Part shown: one piece after another, positions 26,105 through 46,632 of the stretch
How positions within the stretch are numbered: the stretch's first letter is position 1
Layout: the number at the start of each line of letters is the position of its first letter
Source: the human T2T-CHM13v2.0 reference genome, Homo sapiens
Direction: 5' to 3' (one strand)
NCBI RefSeq assembly: GCF_009914755.1
Contig: NC_060941.1
DNA length: 64,000 nt
Notes under the pieces: model-generated
Told to the model about the DNA's origin: nothing
Database searches by the model: none
Seen by the model: the letters and a program-made list of their open reading frames with translations, nothing else
Translations under genes and position numbers: made by a program

Positions 26105-26656
26105 TGAGCCACCTTGCCTGGCCCACACTCGGCTAATTTTTTGAATTTTTTGTATTTTTTGTAGTGACGGGATTTTGCCATGTTGCCTTGGCCTCCCAAA
26201 GTGCTGGGATTACAGGCGTGAGCCACCACGCCCAGCCTTTAAACTGTCAGTGATAGCAGCGAATGAGTTCAAATGAATTCAGAAAAAAGACATATGGATT
26301 AGACCACAATGGTTTTTTTTATTTTGTTTTTTGTTTTTTTTTTTTTGAGACGGAGTCTCGCTTTGTTGCTCAGGCTGGAGTGCAGTGGCTGTGATCTTGG
26401 CTCACTGCAACCTCCACCTCCCAGGTTCAAGCAGTTCTCTGCCTCAGCCTCCCGAGTAGCTAGGATTACAGGCCCATGCTACCACACCCGGCTAATTTTT
26501 GTATTTTTACAGTCAGGGTTTCACCATCTTGGCCAGGCTGGTCTCGAACTCCTGACCTCGTGATCTGCCTGCCTCGGCCTCCCAAAGTGCTGAGATTACA
26601 GGTGTGAGCCACTGTGTCCAGCCAGTGCCATATTTTCTACTATCCTGGTAAAGTAG

Positions 26657-26926
<270 letters not shown>

Positions 26927-27108
26927 TAGCCAGGATGGTCTCGATCTCCTGACCTGGTGATCCGCCTGCCTTGGCCTCCCAAAGTGCTGGGATTACAGGC
27001 GTGAGCCACCGTGCCCGGCTACAAGGTGCTATCTTTAAAGATCTTCTCCAGAATGACTTGTGATATCTTTATAGGGGTAGGGGGTTTCCCCTCAGTATCA
27101 GAATTTCT

Positions 27109-29320
<2,212 letters not shown>

Positions 29321-31351
29321 GAATGGTCCTGTTTTCATGTCCAGTGGTATTTTCCTTTCCTCAAAGATTTTACACCTGAATGTATATAATTCATTTTACG
29401 TAAGATTCCCATCCCTTAATTTTCCGTCTTATCTTTCCCAAGTTCTGGCTATTAATTTGGTAATTCCCTACATGTTGTCATTATAATGTACATATATCCC
29501 CCTTTGGAGACATAAACATAAACCCAAGGGAAGAGAAACATAGAGACTTTTATTTTTTTTTTTTAAGGTTTCTAACCCAATCATCTCTGAAATCTGAGCC
29601 TGGACTAGTTGTGGCCACTCACTTAAGAGAGGCCTTCAAAATGACTTTCCTATTAGGAGTGTTCTGTTTTTGTGTGTGTTTGTTTTTTTGAGGTAGGGTC
29701 TTACTCTGTTGCCCAGGCTGGAGTGCAATGGCATAATCATGGCTCACTGCAGCCTCGACCTCCTGGGCTCCAGTGATCCTCCCACCTTGGTCTCCCAAAG
29801 TGTGGGGATTACAGGCATTAGCCACCATGCTCGGCCCCTATTCTGTTTTGTTTTTTCATTTATTTTACTTCATTTTAAATGTTTAGTTACTTTAAAAAAA
29901 AGGTTTCGGTCAATGTCAAATAATATTTAACATGGCAAGGAAAACAATAAAATGAACATCCATGTAACTACTTAAAAAAAATCATTACCAGTATATTGAT
30001 TTTCTTTTTTTGTGTGTGATATTCTCAGTCTGCTGCCGAGGGTGGAATGCAGTGGCGCTGGAATGAGTGGCATGATCACGGCTCACTGCAACCTTGACCT
30101 CCACGGGCTCAGGTGATCCTCCTATCTCAGCCTTCTGAGTAGCTGGGCCTGTAGTTGCATGCCACCACTTCCGGCTAATTTTTTGTAGGTATGGGATTTT
30201 GCCACGTTGCCCAGGCTGGTTTCAAACTCCTGGGCTCAAGTGATTCCTCTGCCTCGGCCTCCCAAAGTGCTAGGATTACAGGCATGAGTCACCATGCCCA
30301 GCTCTTGAATGGTTTTAAAGTGTTATTGTTATCTGAATATTTGTTTTAAACAACAGGATTTAACCTTACAGGAAAGCCTAAATACAAACCTCTGCACGTT
30401 AACCCTATATACATTTTTCTATGCTGTTACTTACATATTTGAATGTACTGCTTTCAACTTCAAAACAAGCAGTCTCCCCCAAGTCTCCCATTACGTTCTG
30501 AAATCCTAACTTCTATTACCTAATACAAGACTACAAATTATGTTCATTGGATGGTTGGGAACAAAGTGTGTGCCATAAAAATAAGGTAAATGTGAATGTG
30601 TGAAACAGTTTGCTAAGCTTTTTGCCACCGTCTGACCTCTTAAATTGTGGTAGCAGCTATTGTTCACATTGATTTGTATATGTTTGTAGTACAAAGAAGC
30701 ATTTCTAAAGGACCTTGTTCATTGCTTTGCACAAAATGGCCACTTAATATTTGTTGAATGAATTGCTGGCACTATCTCTGGTATTTTTATTTTTATTTAT
30801 TTATTTATTTTTGATATGGAGTCTTGCTCTGTCACCCAGGCTGAAGTGCAGGGGTGTGATCTCGGTTCACTGTAACCTCCTGTGTTCAAGCGATTCTCGT
30901 GCCTCAGCCTCCCTAATTGCTGGGACTACCGGCATAAGCCATCACGCCTGGCTAATTTTTTTGTATTTTTTTTTTTTAGTACAGACGGGGTTTCACCATG
31001 TTGGCCAGGCTGGTCTCAAACTCCTGACCTCAAATGATCCGCCCGCCTCGGCCTCCCAAAGTGTTGGGTTTACAGGCGTAAGCCAGCGTGCCCAGCCTAT
31101 CTGTGGTATTTTTAGTGTGATGTCTAGAACTTCATATACTTTTTTGGATTACTTTAATTGTAGGGCTGTATCCAAACTGATCAAATGCTCTCGGAGGTAA
31201 CTATTTGGAGAAGTGACTTCACTGATTGATTAAAATAAATGACTGGCATGGAATAAGGATTAAAATATATTAATCTGAAACATTTAAAATTGCATTAATG
31301 TTATAACAGCCTAAAGCAAAACTAATGAATCACATAAAAAATCCCCCACGT

Positions 31352-31667
<316 letters not shown>

Positions 31668-31894
31668 TTACTTTGTGCTAGACACTTTTGCATGTATATG
31701 CATACAACTTTTATTCTGTTTTTAAACTTTGCATTACATATACATTCTTCCATATTATATGATCTTCATTAAAATAGTTAAATGGCTGCATAAAAAACCA
31801 TGTGGTTCCTGGACCATTATGCTGTTCCCTCATTCCCCTTTTGTTTTTAATGGAATAGAGCAAAGAACATCTTCTGTATTATTGTCAAGAATAG

Positions 31895-33405
31895 TGAGAG
31901 GTGACAGCGTGCTGGCAGTCCTCACAGCCCTCGCTTGCTCTCGGCGCCTCCTCTCCCTGGGCTCCCACTTTGGCGGCACTTGAGGAGCCCTTCAGCCCAC
32001 CACTGCACTGTGGGAGCCCCTTTCTGGGCTGGCCAAGGCCGGAGCCCACTCCCTCAGCTTGCAGGGAGGTGTGGAGGGAGAGGCGTGAGCTGGAACTGGG
32101 GCTGCGTGCAGCGCTTGCGGGCCAGCTGGAGTTCCGGGTGGGCCAGGGCTTGGCGGCCCCGCACTCGGAGCAGCCGGCCGGCCCTGCCGGCCCCGGGCAA
32201 TGAGGGACTTAGCACCCGGGCCAGCGGCTGCGGAAGGTGTACTAGGTCCCCCAGCAGTGCCAGCCCACCGGCGCTGCGCTCAATTTCTCGCCGAGCCGTA
32301 GCTGCCTTCCCGCCGGGCAGCCCTCGGGACTGCAGCCCGCCATGCCTGAGCCTTCCCCCGCCTCTGTGGGTTCCTGTGCAGCCCGAGCCTCCCCGACAAG
32401 CCCTGCCCCCTGCTCACGGCGCCCAGGCCCATCGACCACCCAAGGGCTGAGGAGTGCGAGCACATGGCACAGGACTGGCAGGCAGCTCCACCTGCAGCCC
32501 CGGTGGGGGATCCACTGGATGAAGCCAGCTGGGCTTCTGAGTCTGGTGGGGTCTTGGAGAACCTTTATGTCTAGCTCAGGGTTTGTGAGTGCACCAGTGG
32601 ACACTCTATCTAGCTACTCTGGTGGGGCCTTGGAGAACCTTTATGTCTAGCTCAGGGATTGTAAATACACCAATCAGCACTCTGTATCTAGCTCAAGGTT
32701 TGTAAACACACCAATCAGCACCCTGTGTTTAGCTCAGGATTTGTGAATGCACCAATCAACACTCTGTATCTAGCTCAGGATTTGTGAATGCACCAATCGA
32801 CACTCTGTATCTAGCTGCTCTGGTGGGGCCTTGGGGAACCTTTGTGTCCATACTCTGTATCTAACTAATCTGATGGTGACGTGGAGAACCTTTGTATCTA
32901 GCTCAGGGATTGTAAACACACCAATCAGCGCCCTGTCCAAACAGACCACTTGGCTCTACCAATCAGCAGGATGAGGGTGGGGCCAGATAAGAGAATAAAA
33001 GCAGGCTGCCAGAGCCTGCAGTGGTAACTCGTTCGCGTCTCTTTACACAGTGTGAAGTTTCAGTTTTTTGCTGTTTGGGTCCACACTGTTTTTATGAGCT
33101 GTAACACCACGTAAGTCTCCAGTTTCTATCCTAAAGGCAGTAAGACAACAAGCTCACCGGGAAGGATGAACAGCGCCTGACACGTCGCCTTAAGAGCTAT
33201 AACACTCACCACCAAGGCCTGCAGTTTCACTCCCGAGCTAGTGAGACCAAGAACCCACCTAAAGGAAAAAACTCCGAACACATCTTAAGGTCAAGAAGGA
33301 ACGAACTCCTGACACGCCACCTTAAAAGCTGTAACACTCACCACCAGGGTCTGTGGCTTCATTCTTGAAGTCAGTGAGACCAAGAGCCCACCAATTCTGG
33401 ACACA
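31895..33405 (+). mobile_element. Solo LTR12 (LTR12C/D-like, ERV9)
   Basis: Same termini as the first LTR12; CCAAT repeats 32670-32965; TATA-like GAGAATAAAA near 32991-33000; TSD ATAG. Confidence 0.95.
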
Positions 33406-34099
33406 ATAGGGCTGAGTGCGGTGGCTCAGGTCTGTAATCCCAGCACTTCGGGAGGCCAAGGCAGGCAGATCATTTGAGGTCAGGAGTTCGTGACCAACCT
33501 GGGCAACATAGAGAAACCTAAATGTCCCTCCTAAACGTGTCTTTACCAAAAATAAAAGAATTAGTGGGGTGTAGTGGTGCATACTGTGATCTCAGCTACT
33601 GCAGAGGCTCAGGTGGGAGGATCATCTGAGCCTGGGAAGTTGGGACTGCAGTGAGTCTGGGTGACAGGGAGACCCTGTCTTAAAAAAAAAAATTTTAGCA
33701 GTACAGTTACAAGGTCAAAGGATATGGTACATCTTTAGAAAGTTGTTATCTTTCTGCTCCTGAGATAAATACAGTAGTGTATGAACAACTCTTCATACGT
33801 TACTCCAAGGTTTATCTTGTTAATTCTTTAAGACGTATCATCTCCCTATCCTTGGCTGCACCTGAAAAGAGCGGGACTCTGCAGGTAACCCGATTTTCTC
33901 CACCAGGTGAGTCCCGGATGGAGGCGTCAACTACAAGACCGGGAACAGCACTCCTGGGGCTTTGCTGGAACCATCGGCGTGGGAATGCTGTCTCTTCCCT
34001 CGCCAGAAATACGACAAGTTCCCGGCGGGTAGCAGACTTGGTTCTAATTTTCCTCGCCCCAGCCTCTTGGAGCGCCCCGCATGCTGTGGGCGTCTAATA

Positions 34100-35350
34100 A
34101 ATGCAGTCGGCCCTGCTTGGTCTAAAACTCTCCCTTGAGTGGACCGGACACTAAACCCCTCCAGGGGTCACAGCTGCCGCTCCCGCCGCCACTTTGCTCC
34201 TTGCCTGCTCCCTTCCCGCGTTCCGCCTGGGACCCTCGGCGGCAGCTCACACCTTCCCTCAGTGCCGGTGCCCGCTCCGGGCATCTGGCGCGCGCCCGCC
34301 GGCCCCGCCCCGCTGACCCCACCGGCCCCGCCTCCCATCTCCCCCTCGCCCCCCCGGAGCCGACAAATGGCCGCGGCGGCCTCAGGTGCGGCGTCACTCA
34401 GACAAGGGGGCGGGTGGAGGAGGAAGCGGCCAAGTCCACAGTCCTGCTCCGGTGCCGCCGAGCACCGCCCACCTCAGCTGACCAGCCCTGTCCGCTACTA
34501 GGCCTCGCCTAGAGGAGGGAAAGGCCGTGGCGTCCGCTCCCTCCGCGGCTCATGGCGACGACGCTTGGCACATCCGGGACCCTCAGGCCGCTGCAGTCGC
34601 GTCGCCGGCTGCTCGGGCCCCAGCCCCGGCCGCTGTGGTGACTCCGCCGCGCCTCGCCGTCGCCCCCGTCCCGCCCGCCGCCCCAGCCGCCAGGGACATG
34701 TCTAACCTCGGAGGCCGTAGGAACGGGCCTGTCGAAGTGCGCCTGACAGGTGAAGGGGGCGCGGCGGGCCGGGCTGGGCAGCCGCGAGGTGGGCGAGCTG
34801 GCGGGGGTGCTTGTGGCCTTGGGAAGGGCCAGGGTCGCGATCAGTGGTGAGTTGGGGGTCGGAGGTGTGGGAAGGCCTAGTTCAGAGAGAGCAATTGGAA
34901 AACCACTTGTTCCGGTTTGGACATTGTTTAAAAAGCCGAGGATGACTCGGGGCGGGGGGGTGGTGTTTTGTGGAGGGGAGGGTACACCAGTTCGCATCGC
35001 AGGCGGATTTCAGGTCGGAAAGTCTTGGTCAAGGAGCCCGCTCCCGGGGCTCGGGGAACAGCCCCTGGGCTACCGCCCAGGTGAGATCGTGAAGGGGATG
35101 AAGAGCTCCCGTGGCGAGGATTATTGAATTCGGTTGCTGACTGCGCGCAGTAAACACTCCTTAAAGATGGAGCGCTTAACGGGAGGGTGTGCGTCTGTGT
35201 TCCCGGGTTGTTACCTTGCACACACCCACTTATGCCCGCGTGAAAAACCTTTACTCCCCGCCGCCGGCCACCGCTGCCAGGGTCACACACCTTAAACTCA
35301 CGTCTCTCTGAGGAGGGGAGACAGGTTGACTTCCGGTGTGCCTGTCTGAT
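34100..35350 (+). promoter_or_regulatory. CpG-island promoter duplicated from SMURF2
   Basis: Very high GC and CpG density; several GC boxes (CCCCGCCCC, GGGGCGGG); ETS-type ACTTCCGG near 35330; surrounds SMURF2-like exon 1. Confidence 0.88.
34698..34749 (+). pseudogene. SMURF2 exon 1 coding part (duplicated copy)
   Basis: MSNLGGRRNGPVEVRLT versus SMURF2 MSNPGGRRNGPVKLRLT; intact ATG and donor CAG|GTGAAG. Confidence 0.9.
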
Positions 35351-38070
35351 CCGACGGCTTGGGCTCATTGTACACTGTGTTTTGGAAGTGTCTGATTGTA
35401 GGGTGGCATGTTTGGGGGTTGTTCCTTATAGGCCGCAGAACTTGTGTCTCACTTCTAGCTCCAGACCTGCTTTAAAAACACACTTTTTTTTTTGGTGGGG
35501 GGGCGGAGAGGGTACAATTCTAAGTATGTCCTCATACAAATTTTCGAACAAACTTTCTGTTACTCTCCCCACCCTCCCCCTTCCTTTTTCGAAATGGAAA
35601 AGAGTGTCCAGAGGGGTTGCCAGATAGAAGACTACACTTACAAAGTGTTTATGATTCCAGGTGCATGAAATCTTTAACATTACAGGTACGTTTTGCTTAC
35701 AGTGCCATTTTTGGTATTCTTACAGGGACATGCCACCCCCGTTTTAGGAGAACTTGTATTTGGTTTGAGAAGGAATTGGAATCACGGCGTTATCCTACCT
35801 TCACCATTTACCCCTGATAAATTGTCCACGTTTATATTTGGGTGAGTGGTGAGAAAGATAATTTTCCGTAGAGGATTTGTGTGTGCGTGCACATGTACTA
35901 ATAAACTGTAATTATATTTGCCCACACTAGACTTTGAGATTTATTTGGACTAATTTTGCAGTTGAATGCTTGTGTGTCACATCCCAGTCCACTGGCTAAA
36001 CTTGCTGGATGAAAACTTGCAGTGAATTTGGTATTTGAGAATTTAGCTTGAATGTGTATGTTGGCTGCAATTTAGATAATGTATTACCTTCATGACAGTT
36101 TTCCTTTCCCTAGGGAAAATTGCCAGGAATCATTAACTGAGTGGTTCTTAATGGAAAACCTGGATTGGAGGATACTTATATTCCCCCCCACCCCCCATTC
36201 AGTGTCCTTATATTGGGAGGAGTCAGTGGAAACCTTTGTAGGGGATCTTTGTTGCTTTGGAGTTTATCTGTTGCTGTTACTATCTGGAGTCAGTGATTGT
36301 GGAAAGAACATGTGATCCCAGGTGTGCAGAAAGCATCAGAAATAGGCTGTTTCCATTTACTTTCCTCTGGGCTATATAGAGAAAATGAGGAAAAAGTAGG
36401 GATTTTGATTTTCTGCAGATAAAATGAGTTGAAGTTTTTAGTATGACTCAATAGATCTTAAAGTGTTTATCTGCAGTTTCTGTACTGCCTAAGATACATT
36501 ATAAAAATCTGTATGTAAAGTTTGTTAAGAGGAAAGATTATGCTTATCTTTTAGGGGAAGAGGGAATATTGAGCTACATTTATAGAGTGATTTTGTTTCA
36601 GGTTTTTCTGAGGAATTTTAAATACCCTGTGTCCTCTTAATAGTAAAAACAGTTTGAGGTACTCTAAGTTTCTTACAACTATTTGTCTCTGAATAGTTTT
36701 CTCTTAAAATTTGACAAATATTAAAAACATTGTCCTTCCTTCTTTGGTTACAGTGGAGTCTCTTCTGTTTTGCCAGGAAAGTTAACATATTGTTTTTTTC
36801 ATTTTTGTTCATCATTTACAAATTAGATGGTATAGATTTTAGCAAATAGATCTCAAGAACTGGATTCAATTAGCAGCTTTTAAGGACATAAACATTAAAG
36901 GGTTAGATGGAAAAGATTGTTTTGACTGACTGGATAAATGACAGGGCTGTGTTTGATGTGTGTCCAGGAATTGGTCTGGAGCTGGTGCCCAACTTCTCAG
37001 TCCATCTTGAGAAGCCAAATAAAATACTTAACCTAGGCCTCATTTTGTTCAAAAAAAAAAAAAAAAAAAGTTGATTCTTTGTGAAGACCTTAAGAAATGT
37101 TTGGCATACCTTTAGACTAAGTGACAGTTCATTTAGATCTGGGTTCCCTAATAGAGGAAAAAAAATCACTTAAAAAAAGACAGATCCCACAGCGAATTTA
37201 TATTTGGTTTACAATACACTTGGGCTATAAGATGTTTTAAAATTATTGTTCTTTGCTTTAAGTTAATAACATATTAGTATTTTAAATTTATAGAGTACCT
37301 TTGATTTCAAGATGCTGTATAAACTTCAGTTACTTGGTAATAACCTTATTGTGGAATTGCCCCTTTACTGAAAGGTATCAACATTTCTTGCGTGGTGACA
37401 CACACACACACACACACACACTCTCTCACACACTCATACACACTCTCTTTCTGAAGAAAAGGAAACATTTAAACCATGAGATCTCTGCCCACAATTGATA
37501 TTAGACGTTTCCACATACTATTCTTAAAACCACTATCAGTGAACTGTTTGGTGTTTGTCAACGCTAACAAGGTGGGGCTAATTTAATAATTTAATCCCAA
37601 ATTTTAGATTCCTCAGGCAATTGGGGGTTAGAATCCGATTTCATCCATCAAGCTACTTCTGTTCTTTATGACACATTAACATATGATCATTAAAATGGGC
37701 TGTGTGGTAACACTATTAACTTCAACTAATATTTCTATAACAAATTGATGACAAAATGTATAATTTCTATATCATTATGTTTATATGACTGTCTTATACA
37801 GGCTTTTCTTCCAATGGGTTGGATAGAAAAATATTCTTTTTTTTTTTTTTTTTTTTTTTTGAGTTGGAGTCTTCCTCTGTCGCTCAGGCTGGAGTGCAGT
37901 GGTGCAATCTCTCGGCTCACTGCAAGTTCCGCCTCCCAGGTTCACGCCATTCTCCTGCCTCAGCCTCCCGAGTAGCTGGTACTACAGGCACCCGCCACCA
38001 CGCCCGGCTAACTTTGTTTTTGTATTTTAAGTAGAGACGGGGTTTCACCGTGTTAGCCAGGATGGTCTCA

Positions 38071-38196
<126 letters not shown>

Positions 38197-38551
38197 TTAT
38201 TGTTTCTGAAAACCAAAGGCTGGAAAAAGCAGCTTAGTGTAATTTCTAATATTTTAAATTCTTAGGTATGGAGAAGTAGAATAAGATTACTCCTCCAGAA
38301 CATTTATTTCAGACATTTTTATACATTTAATGTTTTTGTATGCTGTTTCTCATGTTATTAATTTCAAAGCCCTTGGCAATAAGGAGGTTAAACTTGTCTA
38401 TAGTGTAAGGAAATTTAACTTTAAAAATTTTCCTTTAGATATGCTAGCATCTTAATCTTGGTACACTACATATTTTATCGAGTCAAGGCTTTAAAAATTA
38501 TAGCTTCATTCTGTTTGACAGGTTTTTAAGTATGCCTATACACCATAATGA

Positions 38552-38872
<321 letters not shown>

Positions 38873-41800
38873 TAGTGATTTGAATGTCCCCAGTTCATTT
38901 TATTTTTCTTGGTTTCTGAGAAGGAAGACAATGTAGCTGAGCTCTTTCCTTTTCTCTTAAATCCTGTCTACTAGTCTAACCCTCTTCAGGCAGGCAGTAG
39001 AACATGTCAAGGTCCTTGATGTAGTTTGGTATTCATAGTAAAGTCTGTGTATTTTAGTCATCACTTTTACTTTTTTCTTGTTGGTTGAGCTGTTACTATC
39101 ACAGCATACTAACATCTCATTTAGCATAACTCAGTTTTCAAGATAAATGAAGGGTCACACTTAGGCATACAAGATTTTATTTTAGCCTTTTTTATTTTTT
39201 TGGCAGAGTCTCATTCTATTGCCCATGCTGGAGTGCAGTGGCAACAGCGTGCAGTGAGTGATCCCGGCTCTCTGCAGCTTTGACCTCCTGGCTCAAGTGC
39301 TTTTCCCACCTTGGCTTCCCAAGTAGCTGGGACTACAGGTACGCGCCACTGTGATTGGCTAATTTTTTTTACTTTTTTTTTTTCCTCTCCAGTAGATATG
39401 GGGTTTCTCCAGGTTGCCCAGGCTGGTCTTGAACTTCTCCACTTAGGAGATCCTCCTGCCTCAGCCTTCCAAAGTGCTGGGATTACAGGTGTGAGCCACC
39501 ATGCCTGGCCTATTTTAGTCTTTCTTGGTGAGAGTCTTAAAGATGTAGTATGTCCTCCTCTTTTCAAATAGATCATACTTAGTAGAACTTAATGTTTTAC
39601 TTATGATTCAATATAATTATGAATATAAATTATTGTTTTGTTGCATATGCAATGTGAGGATCTCATTAGGGCCTGTAGAGAGAAGTATTTCACCCTGGCT
39701 AAATGGTGATAGGTCATTTAACTTGTTCTTACTAGTTTTTCTCTTTGCCTTCATTTTTGTTTACTGATACTTTCTTTGTCTAAGAATGCTGAACCCTTGA
39801 AATACGCCGTTGTAATCAGCATTGTTACGTGTTTCTGTATGATTGACATGTATTGAAAGTTTAAGTGCCAGATGCTATGTTAAGTTCGTATCTATTATCA
39901 CTTTTAATTTTCATAGTAGCTCTAAGTGATAGGAGAAACTGAAAGTTGGAGAAGTACATGTCACAACCAAAGTTGTCTAGAAAGCTTATTACAAGTTTAT
40001 TAGAATTTGTGTGGAAAAATAAAATTGACATATTCTGTTCACTTGGAATTGCACTCGCCCCTAGCAATACTTGCCCATCTTTTAAGGCTCAAGTCAAGGA
40101 TTACTGTTAGCCCTAGAACTTTCCCTGACCTGAGTTGAACTGTCCTCTGTGACTCTAGGAAACTCTTCTTTTAGTATCAGACCTAACCCGCTGATAGGCA
40201 TCTATTGTTCCTATGCTTTAAGTTCCATGAAGTCAGGATCCTTGTGTGAGCATGGATTAAGACCTTTTTGGCATTTTATTTAATGAATGCTGGAGAGCTA
40301 TAAATAGTTCCGAATAGTTCTGCGTGTGTTCTTTATGGCTAACGCACTGGGTATGAGTGGCAAGAGGTGAGGCTCTTGGACAGGGACCAACCTAGTTTAG
40401 GACCTTATTATAGTGTGCCAAGAGGTTCATTTTTTTTAAGGTGGTGGGAGCCATTGCAGGATTTTAAGCATTGATATATTTGTTGTTTAGACACAATCTG
40501 GGAGCAATATGGAGGATGGACTGGAATGGGAGCCATGAAGACTGGTTTTAGGATAACTGGTTAAGAAGATTCAACAGCAGCCATCGTTCAGATTTTTTTT
40601 CTTGTTTGAACATTTATTTCCAAATTTTTTATTACAAATAATTGCTGTAAGCATCTTGGTGTAGGTAACTTTGATTTTTTTAAAAGGATTTTTTTTTTTT
40701 TTAGGATGCTTCCATAAAAATAGTGTTACTGAGTTCAAGTGTGTGGATATTTTTAAGGTTTTGTGATTAATTTTTCCTTTAGGCTCTTTCTTAAAAGAGT
40801 TGGGCCTGTTTAGAGCAGCAGTAAATAAAGATGTCCCTTTTTACTATTCTGTTGTAAGCATTAGCTAATTGCATTTTAAATATTTTGCTAATTTCATGGC
40901 ATGTGCCATTTAAACATTCGTGAAGCAGAATATTTTCCTGTCTGTTTACTAATCATATTTATTTTCATTGATTTGTTTGGCCTTGTCCTAGTTATGTTAA
41001 AGCCTTAGTGTTTTTCTTATTGATCTACCTGATACTTACAAATATATTAATCTGTTGTCATATTTGCTACAAACATTTCCATGGTGAATTATTTGTCTTT
41101 TAATATTGGTCATTGTTTGGACATGTAGAAATGTGTTATCTTAGGAGTCAAAATCTGTCCAACTCTTGTTTTGTTTTTCCTGTTCTATACTTGGAAAACC
41201 TTTTTCTTCAAGGAGTTTGATGAATAAGTACGTTATATTTAGTGTTTTTTAAAAATGCTTTAATAAACTATTCCCCCTTCAATTCCTATTTAGCCGTCTC
41301 ATCATTATTTATTAACCAGTTCTTCCTTTCCACAGTGATGTAGTATCTTTTCAGTTAATTATAATAGAGTCAGATATATCTCTTGTTCAGTGCCATACTG
41401 TTTTCAATATTGTAGCTTTATAATTTAGTTTAATATTCTCACTAGGCCAGTTTTTTTAAGAGATGGAGTCTCACTCTGCCACCCAGGGAGTACAGTGGCG
41501 TGATCTTGGCTCACTGCAGCCTCTAACCCCTGGGTTCAAGTGATTCTCCTGCCTCAACCTCCCTAGTAGCTGGAATTACAGGTGCATGCCACGACTCCCA
41601 GCTAATTTTTTTGGGGTGGAGATGGGGTTATATTGGTCAGGTTGGTCTCGAACTCCTGACCTCAAGTGATCTGCCTGCGTTGGCCTCCCAATTTTTTTTT
41701 TTTTTTTTTGCTATTCTTATTTTTTGTTTCCGCATAAATATTAAACTTGTTAAGTTTAATAAGAAATTTCACTGGGGCCGGGCGTGGTGGCTCACGCCTG

Positions 41801-42338
41801 TAATCCCAGGACTTTGGGGAGGCTGAGGAGGGTGGATCTTCTGAGGTCAGGAGTTTGACACCAGCCTGGCCGACATGGTGAAACCCTGTCTCTACTAATA
41901 ATACAAAATTAGTTGGGCGTGGTGGCACACTGGGGAGGCTGCGTCACGAGAATCACTTGAACCCAGGAGGCAGAGGTTGTAGTGAGCCGAGATCATGCCA
42001 CTGCACTCAGCCTCAGCCTGCCTGGGTGACAGAGTGAAACTGTGTCTCAAAAAAAAAAAAAAAAAAAAAAAAGACATTTAATTGGGATTATTATTAGAAT
42101 TTCCTTACTTTGGGAAAAAGAGGCATCTAAGTTTATTTAGTTTTCTTACCCAGGAGCATGCTAAGTTTTTACATTTATTTAAGCTTTGGCTCATATTGCT
42201 CAGGATAGCTTTATAATTTTCTTCCTATGTTTGAATTTAATTTCAGATAATTTATATTTGTCTGATTTACATTGTGTTTTCTAATCCTAGTTATTGCTTG
42301 TATTTAGGAATGCAGTTATATGTATTTTTGCTTGATTA

Positions 42339-42788
<450 letters not shown>

Positions 42789-43063
42789 TAGGTATCAAGT
42801 GTTTGGTACTTGTTACAGTTGAATGTTAACACTTAAAATTTTTCTTTTCTCTTGGATTCCTCCCCAACATATAAGTAGTTGAACAAAGTGAGAAATTTTG
42901 TTTATTTTATTAAAATTTTTTTAAATACGAGCAGTCTCCTGAACAAGAATAGTTTCAGACAGACTCTCTGTTTTAGAATAGCTTCTGATGGCATTGGCTA
43001 CCTTTTTTAAAAACCACCTTTGATATTGTATTAAAAAGTATCAAAACCTAATCTTAAGTTTGA

Positions 43064-43424
<361 letters not shown>

Positions 43425-43464
43425 TAAATTTTTAAATAAACTGTGATGATTAATTTTTAGGGAG

Positions 43465-45600
<2,136 letters not shown>

Positions 45601-46533
45601 CAGCTTTCAAACAAATTGAGTCTTTGATTTAGAATCTTGTAATGCTTTGGAGCCATTGTTTAATTTGTTCAGCCAATAAGTATTTATCATTTTTGATATG
45701 TGACAGATATTATTTTTATTATGTGGTACCATGAATGGAGATATAAGAAATCAGAAAAAGCCTAGATGGGGTCCTGTAGTTTTCCTTTCAGAATTTCTAT
45801 TATGAACCTTACATTTTTAAATTAATTAATCTTTTTCATCTCTTACTATGTGATGAAAGAGGATTATGACAACCAGGACTTAACAAAGTTTGCTTGTTTA
45901 CCAGCTGTCAGTCCCCTCAAATCATTTTTGGAAAAAGGTGGGATATAAAGAATAAACATATCTAAAATGTGACCATAGAAAAGAAAGGAGGTGATTGGTG
46001 TGTTAAGTATGGGTTGGATTATGAGTATTTATCGTTTTTGCTTGTATTATTTTTGTGACAGGGTCTCTGTCACCCAGGCTGCAGTGCAATGGCACAATCA
46101 GAGCTCACTGTGATCTTGAACTGGGCTCAAGTGATCCTCCCACCTCAGCCTTCTGAATAGCTGGGTCTACAAACATGCACTACCATGCTCAGCTAATTTT
46201 TAAATTTTTTTTATTTTTCGTAGAGATGGGGCCTCACTGTGTTGCCCAGGCTGGTCTCGAACTCCTGGCCTCAAGTGATCCCCTGCCTTGGCCTTCCATA
46301 GTGCTGGGATTATAGGCCTGAGACATTGCTGTGCCTGGCTTGCTTTTGCTTGCCTTATTTTATGTGTATATTTTTTCTAAAAGGCAAAAGAAAGGAAGAA
46401 ACTTAATTTTATTAGAATGTAAGCATATATATATTCAAAAAATATATACACATATATACAAATATATGTGTATACACATACATATTTGTATACACATATA
46501 CAAATATGTATGTGTATATATTTTTTGAGATAG

Positions 46534-46632
<99 letters not shown>

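Noticed and set aside
34122-35368. Cluster of 90-160-aa ORFs on both strands
   Set aside because: Stop-codon scarcity in a CpG island; only the 17-codon SMURF2 segment is homologous to a protein
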